A stretch of DNA of 61,315 nt from an uncultured Clostridia bacterium. Lineage in GTDB: Bacteria > Bacillota > Clostridia > Oscillospirales > CAG-272. The notes beneath the pieces were generated by a model, which saw only the letters and a program-made list of their open reading frames with translations, did not search any database and was not told where the DNA came from. The DNA lies in NCBI GenBank assembly GCA_904502015.1, contig CAJGEA010000001.1:1-61315 (forward strand), in the 5' to 3' direction. Of the stretch, positions 55,601-61,315 are shown one piece after another. The stretch's first letter is position 1, and each line of letters begins with the position of its first letter. The translations under genes were made by a program, and so were the position numbers.

Positions 55601-56437
55601 CTCGGAGAGCTTTTGCACAAGGGAGCGGTCGTACTCAAAGGCATCCAGATACGATTTAGACGCTGACTCATCGGCCTCGATAAGGTCGCACGCTTCGTTG
55701 TAAAACGGGAGTGCCGAGGCGCAAAACGCCTCCACCCACTTAAAGAGCATTTTTCCGTGATCCGACTTGAGGAAATCTTCGTTCGCCTGCTCCAGCAGAT
55801 GCTCGGACTCCTTCTTCAGGCGATCCAATTCATCGGGGAAGTTGAGCAGGCGGTTATACAGCTCTTGCAACGTAGGGATGAGATCACGGTCGTTTTTGGA
55901 CGGCGTCATGCTGTCACACAACGCGGCAAACGGATTTCCGTGCAAGAGCGAAAAGGTGCCTGCGTCCGTATTTTCTTGAGCGTACTTGATATAGAATTCC
56001 TCAATCAGCTCCTCCATGACGCGTTCGGAAAGCGGGAGTAGCTCGGCTTCGTCGGCGATGCGGAAGGAGGCGGGAAGCCCGATCTCCGCAAAGTGTATTT
56101 TTACGGGTTCAAGGCAAAAGGCGTCAATGGTGCTGATGTGGGCCCCGCCAAGTCCGATATACTGCCGCTGCAAGTGAGGGTTGTCGGGATTCTTGGCAAG
56201 GGCTTCCGCCAGTGCCTCGGATATGCGCTGGCGCAGCTCGGCGGCGGCGGCGCGCGTAAAGGTCACGATCAACATTCGTGAAAGGTCGGCAGGATTTTTA
56301 GAGTCGGTAACGCGCCGTATGATACGCTCGGTCAGCGTGGCCGTTTTACCCGATCCCGCGGCGGCAGATATGAGCAGCGTCCGTCCCGTGGCGGACATGG
56401 CGTTGGATTGTGCTTTTGTCCAGGTTCTTTCTTCCAT
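52667..56437 (-). CDS. addA: helicase-nuclease AddAB subunit A
   Basis: UvrD-type helicase (LISAAAGSGKT, DEYQDV) with a C-terminal RecB-family nuclease (GSIDLV...ICDYKTD). The ATG 56437 N-terminus is typical, although the only strong GGAGG lies 29 nt upstream. Confidence 0.9.
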   Translation of the reverse strand: MEERTWTKAQSNAMSATGRTLLISAAAGSGKTATLTERIIRRVTDSKNPADLSRMLIVTFTRAAAAELRQRISEALAEALAKNPDNPHLQRQYIGLGGAHISTIDAFCLEPVKIHFAEIGLPASFRIADEAELLPLSERVMEELIEEFYIKYAQENTDAGTFSLLHGNPFAALCDSMTPSKNDRDLIPTLQELYNRLLNFPDELDRLKKESEHLLEQANEDFLKSDHGKMLFKWVEAFCASALPFYNEACDLIEADESASKSYLDAFEYDRSLVQKLSEQSTYEDMRNVLQDYAQKKLKALSNAAPEFVSAKEWRSIYKDEMIKLRDTYFAWPTEEIRHDMRFTAELCAVLYDFLTMYDKRIAEEKRVRGICDFTDNRRLLLKMLRDENGDPSPLAIAFRDQYDEVYIDEYQDVDEMQDEIFRLIGGNHRFIVGDIKQSIYGFRGADSTVFARYREKLPILADISDAVPACGGNSIFMSDNFRCDESVIRVTNAVCGHIFRACPETIGYKTEDDLGFSKKKPYDGYIPSPVQVHLLYKQKGKDTDEDPSDDPVLGGADAEAAHVANVIADLLRSKTTLANGKIIKPSDIVILMRSRTSLNTYLDALTRMGIPTGCEELEAQQAGHDLLHGADMMYLVNLLRVIDNPECDIPLSEALRAPFPNFTLQDVLDVRAVGEEFSDHVSLYRGLEEYRARRDHENTAPDLYRKVCDFLSFIEHYRALCATQSADALLQLLRKDKRCAARGSKAFVYLYDSARDYKASQFLSLYAFLRYFEKKLLTTKNIDVPEDKTEGGHVSIMTMHQSKGLEFPVCFIVRCGQTFSAKSYSKDILFEKQSGLAMKLYERGVQVTEDGEAVLTNRKYDTLLRNITAHTIRTQEREDEMRLMYVAMTRARERLYIVGQGSADEPPVFAPGDRFATLSCTNYMKWVRVGLAIHPECAPFYTFKAINQADIRPGEPLARNKDDAADSPADTNAERYRRIIDSMSTETPVDMAVRNVPTKISASRMVDMLLDSCVYYDTDRPADDGKLPSDTEGVFCDPQTEASIREQVRLMSVSKHDEFELLLRANSRPTATERGTAAHLFLQYCDYENVQKHGIDNEIVRLLEQKFINGRTASILSQGKEQLQAFFDSDFFARMHKESRPRREVQFSRFVPLATLTSNSELAEALGDRQLLVQGSIDLVCEFDDGHIEICDYKTDHITKEERKDPALLRANMQKKHGEQLRQYAAAIQMLYHTFPSRAYIYSLPLGEAIEIDIS

Positions 56438-56496
56438 GGTATGTTGTTTTCTCGACGGAACGAGAACCTCCTTTCGTAAGGTAAGGGCGTTCAGTA

Positions 56497-59400
56497 TTAT
56501 TTGGAAATGCAGGAGGCACAGCTCCCGCGGAACATGCAATACCTGCAAGCCGACTCCGAAGGAGTACGGTGCGCGCGACCGCTATACATGTCTGCAGCAG
56601 TATCCAAAATGGTCTTCTTGAGCATATCCTCCAGCGAGGCCATTTCTTCGGCGGAATACAGACCCGCCCCGCTCAGCTCACCTTTTTTGGATTTTCCCAC
56701 ACTTGGCAGGTATACGGCAGAGTCGTCCGCGTTGGCCGCATGCAGGATTTCTTCGTCATTGAGAATAATGCCCGTACGGCAGGGAAGTATAGCGCCGTGC
56801 TTGTCTGTTTCATCGGGGCTGATATAGAGAGCCTCTGCGGGAAGAACCTGCTCAGGTACATCGCCGTCCTTGGTGGCAAAAAGCGCGCGATTTTCGGGGG
56901 AGCACAGAGCGAACAAATACAGCATGAGCTGAATGTTCATGTCCTTCTTGAGGGATTCCACCGAGAACTCATGCTTGGAGGATTTGTAATCCACCACGCG
57001 GACATAGACGGTTTCGTTATCGGCAGCGCGGTAGATATCTACGCGGTCAATGCGGCCGCCAAGAATGAGCTGAACAGGATCTACGGAAGCATCCGTATCA
57101 ATTTGCTCGCCCGATACGTCAAGCGGCAGGATCATGGGCTTGGGATCGGCTTCAGTCTTTCCGTAGAGTCCCCATTCGAGTCCCGCTACCGTAAACGCGC
57201 TTTGAGAAAGCTCCGCTTGAATATCGTAGATCAAGGTCAGCGCAATATGGCGCAGACGGTCAAAGAGGTGAAGGATTCGCCCGTTGGAGGAGAGATCGCC
57301 GCAAAGCTCCTCGATATACGCCTCAATGATTCGATTGGCCGTGCGGCGCACCTCGCGATCCGACATGGGACGAATACGATTGTCCTCGTCCAGCGCCGCG
57401 AGCAGGTATTTTTCCATAACGTGATGCAGGAAATTGCCTGCGTTGGTGTTCTCAAACGTGGCGACCTTGGGCTCACGCAAGCGGAGAAGGTGAGAGCCGT
57501 AATAGCTGTACGGGCATCCCGCGTAGGTTTTCAACTGGCTGGTAGAGAGCCAATGGGTGTCTCCCAGCATTCGGCGGGCTGATTGGGAAGAAACGGTATC
57601 GTCCATAGGCACGGTGTAGCTCGTCCGTTCCTTCGTGTTGTCAACCAGCGAAGAGGAAAACGTCTCGACTGTCAGGTAGGAAAGCACGTATTTGGTACGC
57701 ATAATGGCGGCCGAGGGGGAGAGTGCCTTTCCGTCCGACGAGGTTGTGCTATACGACAGGATCAACCGCTCGGAGGGCTTTGTAAAGGTACGGTATACGT
57801 AGAACAACTCCTCCGAGGTGAGACGGTCTGCACGGGAATCGAATTCCACGCCATGCTTGGCCAGCAGGGATTTTTCCTGTTCGGTAAGAAGTCCTTTGTC
57901 GCTCACATTTTTGGGAAATTCTCCCTCGCAAAGTCCGGCAACCAGCATGGCACGGATGTTGTCAACGCGAAGGGTGGAGGCGTCACCAATGGTCACGCAA
58001 TCGTGACGCGCGGGTACCGATCCGATATCGGTAGACGAAAAAACGAGGGAGAGCGCAGTATAAAGCTCATCGGGGGACAGAATCTCGGCGGTTTCGTCAA
58101 GCTCGGACATAACGGTTGCGAGAGTCGCCAGCGTTTCGGTCAAGAAGGACCAAAGGCGTACCTGCTCTCCCGCCTCGCGAGTTTGGTTGAGCCGCAAATG
58201 CTCCTCGGCCTGCTTGGTTAATTGCTCCTTGACGCGCAGATCGCAGAGATATTGGTACACGGCGCGGCATTGATCGGTAAGGGTTTGCGCTGCCTGAAGA
58301 TTGAGCTTCAGCGCCATCAGCGGAGTCATAACTGCTTTGCGTACGCGGTTGGCAGCTTGTAGAATTTCCTGCGCGCGGGGCGAAAGCTTGGTTTCGTACC
58401 CGTCGGGGTTCATACTCCACAGCTCGTCTGTCATGCGCTTGCCACCCAGTTTCCAGGTTTCCACGTATTCCTGAAAAGCATCCATGTCACGCGTGGAAAT
58501 GCCGCACAGCCCCGTTTTGCACAGGCCTATGATATCCGCCGTCTGCCATCCGCGCGCAACGCAACGAAGGGCGGTGAGAATCAGGCGAGCAGAGGGCTTT
58601 TCATTGAGATCCGTGCGCTCGGAGAGAAAATATGGAATGCGGTACTGATCCAGGGCGGCATCCAGTATGCCCCCCCATGAGCCCGTATCGCGCACGACAA
58701 CGGCGATTTGATGGTAGGGAATGCCTTGGGAAACTAGTTCCAGTATGTGAAGCGCGATGGCTTGTGCCTCCTCGTAAACGGTCGGGGCGGAAACAAGACG
58801 GACGGCACCCCGATCCTCAGGGGCGGGAAGCTCGGCATCCCGACGCTCGGGCGTCAGGTCAAAGGCCCAAAGATTGCGTTCCAATGACAGAAGCTCAGAC
58901 TCCTTCGTGCGGCACGACTTGGTCAGAACCGTGTCCTCGTAGGACTTTCGCGCATCCTCACACATTCGGGTGAGTTTGAGGACGGTGTCCTCCAGGCTGT
59001 CAAATTGCGCCTCGTGGACGTTCCTATGTGCCATGCCGACCGTGAAGGTAACGTCATCGGCCTGTCGGATAATCGTGTTCAAAACGGCGTATTCTTGAGC
59101 GGTAAAGCTGCTGAAGGAGTCAACGTATACCACGGAATTGCCAAAAAGCCCGTGCTCTTCCATCTTAGCCACAGCGCGGATCATACGGTCGGCGGGATCG
59201 TCACCGTATATCTCGCGAATCAGTCCGTGATAGGAGGCAGAGATGAGTGCGAGATCGCGTAGCTTATCGCAAAGCGAGCTGTCCGAGGGCAGTTTCTTGG
59301 CTACCAGCTCCAGTTTTTCGGAGGAAATATCGTTGCAGGTAAGCTCGTTGGTCATCTCCAGCAAGCGGTTACACAGCGCCGTGTCGGTGGAGGTACTTGC

Positions 59401-59724
59401 CGTATAGGTTTTCAAAAGACCGGAAAGAGATTTTACGGTGTGCCACATCAGGAGCAGCCGCATGGAGGCGGTTATGGAGTGTTGCGCGCGGCCGCCGTAC
59501 AAATTTTCGGTTACGTCGCACAGACGGGAGAAGCTGACGATTGAAAAACGATTGCCAGCATCGGCGGGAAGAACGGACAGAATATCGCGTTCCGCGCTGA
59601 ACGCCTGCTGTTCCGGAATAATGAGCCAAATCTTTTTTTGCCCGTTAGAAAGCTGCTTTCGTATATCATCAATGATTGTGTATGTCTTTCCGCTACCGGG
59701 GCGACCGAACAAAAAACGAATCAC
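56497..59724 (-). CDS. addB: helicase-nuclease AddAB subunit B
   Basis: FGRPGSGKTY, a C-terminal nuclease (RIDRVD...VVDYKSS), and Fe-S cysteines (CPYSYY ... CRYCMFRGSC). The GTG start forms a GTGA overlap with the upstream stop. Confidence 0.9.
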   Translation of the reverse strand: MIRFLFGRPGSGKTYTIIDDIRKQLSNGQKKIWLIIPEQQAFSAERDILSVLPADAGNRFSIVSFSRLCDVTENLYGGRAQHSITASMRLLLMWHTVKSLSGLLKTYTASTSTDTALCNRLLEMTNELTCNDISSEKLELVAKKLPSDSSLCDKLRDLALISASYHGLIREIYGDDPADRMIRAVAKMEEHGLFGNSVVYVDSFSSFTAQEYAVLNTIIRQADDVTFTVGMAHRNVHEAQFDSLEDTVLKLTRMCEDARKSYEDTVLTKSCRTKESELLSLERNLWAFDLTPERRDAELPAPEDRGAVRLVSAPTVYEEAQAIALHILELVSQGIPYHQIAVVVRDTGSWGGILDAALDQYRIPYFLSERTDLNEKPSARLILTALRCVARGWQTADIIGLCKTGLCGISTRDMDAFQEYVETWKLGGKRMTDELWSMNPDGYETKLSPRAQEILQAANRVRKAVMTPLMALKLNLQAAQTLTDQCRAVYQYLCDLRVKEQLTKQAEEHLRLNQTREAGEQVRLWSFLTETLATLATVMSELDETAEILSPDELYTALSLVFSSTDIGSVPARHDCVTIGDASTLRVDNIRAMLVAGLCEGEFPKNVSDKGLLTEQEKSLLAKHGVEFDSRADRLTSEELFYVYRTFTKPSERLILSYSTTSSDGKALSPSAAIMRTKYVLSYLTVETFSSSLVDNTKERTSYTVPMDDTVSSQSARRMLGDTHWLSTSQLKTYAGCPYSYYGSHLLRLREPKVATFENTNAGNFLHHVMEKYLLAALDEDNRIRPMSDREVRRTANRIIEAYIEELCGDLSSNGRILHLFDRLRHIALTLIYDIQAELSQSAFTVAGLEWGLYGKTEADPKPMILPLDVSGEQIDTDASVDPVQLILGGRIDRVDIYRAADNETVYVRVVDYKSSKHEFSVESLKKDMNIQLMLYLFALCSPENRALFATKDGDVPEQVLPAEALYISPDETDKHGAILPCRTGIILNDEEILHAANADDSAVYLPSVGKSKKGELSGAGLYSAEEMASLEDMLKKTILDTAADMYSGRAHRTPSESACRYCMFRGSCASCISK

Positions 59725-60575
59725 GGTAATTCTCCTTTCGGGTAAGAATATTTCATGTCTAAATTTCGGGTAATAACCGATCTGCCGCGCCAGGCGTAGG
59801 CGCGACGAGAAAACTCATCGTCACTCATTTCATTCAGGGTGGTTGGATCTATCGTGATCCGTCTGTTTTTTCGAAAAAAAGCGACTGGTGTGTCCTTGAC
59901 AAATTGATTGTGAGGGCAGACGGTCTGGCAGATATCACACCCCCATACGAGGGGATGACTGCGGAGAGCGGCTCGTTCTGACTCTGACAACACTCCCTTT
60001 TTTTGCGTTAGTGCCGACAGACAGATCCCATTGGGGGCGCTTTGCGCGGGGCAGGCACGGGTGCATTTCCCACATCTCTCACAAAGCGGCGGCGTAGACG
60101 GTATATCACACGCCGACATTTCCGTAACCTGCTCGAACGGCATATCGGTCACGATCTCCGCGATGAAAACGTAACTGCCCCACGTCGGGGTGATCAGCAG
60201 ATGATTCATACCTACCACACCGAGTCCCGCGCGAGCGGCAGCGTCCACCTCGGCAATGGGCGAATGATCCGAGAACAGCGCGAATCGGTGGTTGGGGAAG
60301 CGGTCGGTGAGGAAGGGCAGGAGAGCGTCGCCAAGCTCGCGGACGTATAGGTGGTAATCCTCGGATACGGCGTAGAGGGACACGTTGCGTTGCTCGTTCG
60401 CGATGTCCGAGGAAAGGACATAGGGCGCCGTAAAAAGGATCGCCGCTCCGCTTGTGGGAATACCCGCTCTGTCGAGGAGATAGGGGCGCATAATGCGACA
60501 CATAGACAAAGGAATGGCGCGTACGGGCAAGCCCACCTGCGCCTCGATCGTTTCGCATACAGTGCTTGCCATCAT
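59721..60575 (-). CDS. epoxyqueuosine reductase QueG-like 4Fe-4S protein
   Basis: YAVSEDYH, AGLGVVGMNHLLITPTWGSYVFIAEIVTD, and two ferredoxin motifs CERCGKCTRACP and GCDICQTVCP. Confidence 0.7.
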   Translation of the reverse strand: MMASTVCETIEAQVGLPVRAIPLSMCRIMRPYLLDRAGIPTSGAAILFTAPYVLSSDIANEQRNVSLYAVSEDYHLYVRELGDALLPFLTDRFPNHRFALFSDHSPIAEVDAAARAGLGVVGMNHLLITPTWGSYVFIAEIVTDMPFEQVTEMSACDIPSTPPLCERCGKCTRACPAQSAPNGICLSALTQKKGVLSESERAALRSHPLVWGCDICQTVCPHNQFVKDTPVAFFRKNRRITIDPTTLNEMSDDEFSRRAYAWRGRSVITRNLDMKYSYPKGELP

Positions 60576-60612
60576 ACTGCCATTCCTTTCTATTATTTAT
60601 TTGTGAGAAAAA

Positions 60613-61315
60613 TCAGAATTTGTCTACGGGGTAGAGGATCTTGAGCTGGTTGATCTTGCTCTGGTACGCCGCCTGCTGCTTCTCCTGTGTGAGCTTGGCA
60701 AACAGCTCGGCGCGGATGTCAGCGTAGGCAATGGGCTCGGCGGCGTTCTTGGCGTTCAGACGGATGAGGTGGTAGCCAAACTGCGTCTTGACGGGGCCGC
60801 GAACCTCACCAACCTCCATCTCAAAGCAAGCCGTGTCAAACTCGGGCACCATCTGGCCGCGACCGAAATCGCCCAGATTACCGCCCTGAGCAGACGAGGG
60901 GCAAGTGCTGTTTTCCTTGGCAGCATCCTCAAAGGAGATTTCATCGCTCGTGATAGCGGCAAGAAGCTCGGCTGCCTTTTCCTCGGAATCCACGAGAATA
61001 TGGCTGGCGTTAACGGTCTCGCCTGCGTTGAAATCATCCTTGTGTTCATCATAGAACGCCTTAACCTCTTCTTCGCTCACGCGCACGCTCTCGACGCACT
61101 TGCCGATGGCGTACTCCATGAGGAGCTGCTCTTTAACGGCGGCGAGCTGATCCTTGAACGCCTGCTCCCGCTCGTAGAGATTGCGCTGAGCATCCAAAAG
61201 GAAGAGACGCTGTGCGATCAGCTGCTCAAGGATGGCGGCGCGACCCTGAGGGCTCTGGTAAGCCTGACCGTTGCGGCCCATAGCGGCGATGAAGCGGTTA
61301 ACGTCATCCTGCGTA
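60613..61315 (-). CDS. parvulin-type peptidylprolyl isomerase (PrsA/SurA-like), C-terminal part; gene continues past the window end
   Basis: ASHILV, GGNLGDFGRGQMVPEFD and FGYHLIRL PpiC motifs. The frame stays open upstream of the listed Met to position 61315. Confidence 0.8.
   Translation of the reverse strand, partial: TQDDVNRFIAAMGRNGQAYQSPQGRAAILEQLIAQRLFLLDAQRNLYEREQAFKDQLAAVKEQLLMEYAIGKCVESVRVSEEEVKAFYDEHKDDFNAGETVNASHILVDSEEKAAELLAAITSDEISFEDAAKENSTCPSSAQGGNLGDFGRGQMVPEFDTACFEMEVGEVRGPVKTQFGYHLIRLNAKNAAEPIAYADIRAELFAKLTQEKQQAAYQSKINQLKILYPVDKF

Overview
This is a gene-dense, GC-rich chromosomal segment (mid-50s % GC by eye). It reads as core genome of a spore-forming Firmicutes/Clostridia bacterium: PolC, SigG, AddAB, an ECF-transporter energizing module, Gram-positive style GGAGG ribosome-binding sites and TTGACA-17-TATAAT promoters. 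I call about 55 protein genes, one intact tRNA, and a set of promoters and hairpin terminators.

Layout, left part (mostly + strand):
- lon (partial, -)
- DUF1385, nagB, sigG, and a signal-less Asp-box/beta-propeller protein
- the conserved pyrH-frr-uppS-cdsA-dxr-rseP-ispG-polC block
- DUF1643, ruvC, a SAM methyltransferase, ecfA1-ecfA2-ecfT
- a small accessory-looking islet: SigH-like sigma factor, double zinc-ribbon protein, lipoprotein, VanZ, phosphoesterase
- a PadR-DUF1700-DUF4097 module (-)
- a sulfatase-like lipoprotein and an isochorismatase-like hydrolase
- a tRNA-Ser locus littered with decayed tRNA-like pieces
- an rluA-like/GH1/EEP operon

Layout, right part (mostly - strand):
- purA, clpX-clpP-tig, a phosphoesterase, DUF1540 (+)
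- thrC, M19 dipeptidase, yraN-rnhB-ylqF-lepB-apgM
- two uncharacterised envelope proteins (+)
- a fused MacB-type ABC transporter
- mecA-like, addA, addB, queG-like, and a parvulin PPIase (partial)

I saw no CRISPR array, transposase, integrase, reverse transcriptase, restriction-modification, toxin-antitoxin or recognisable phage-defence gene. I do not find a convincing novel multi-gene system.

The observations most worth a second look:
- the tRNA-Ser locus, where a promoter-bearing, terminator-ending tRNA 5' fragment may be a tRNA-derived small RNA
- the orphan SigH-like sigma factor with a co-transcribed zinc-ribbon protein
- the PadR-DUF1700-DUF4097 module
- the uncharacterised membrane-protein/lipoprotein pair with a structured regulatory region

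All functional calls rest on my reading of conserved motifs in the supplied translations. No database search was run.
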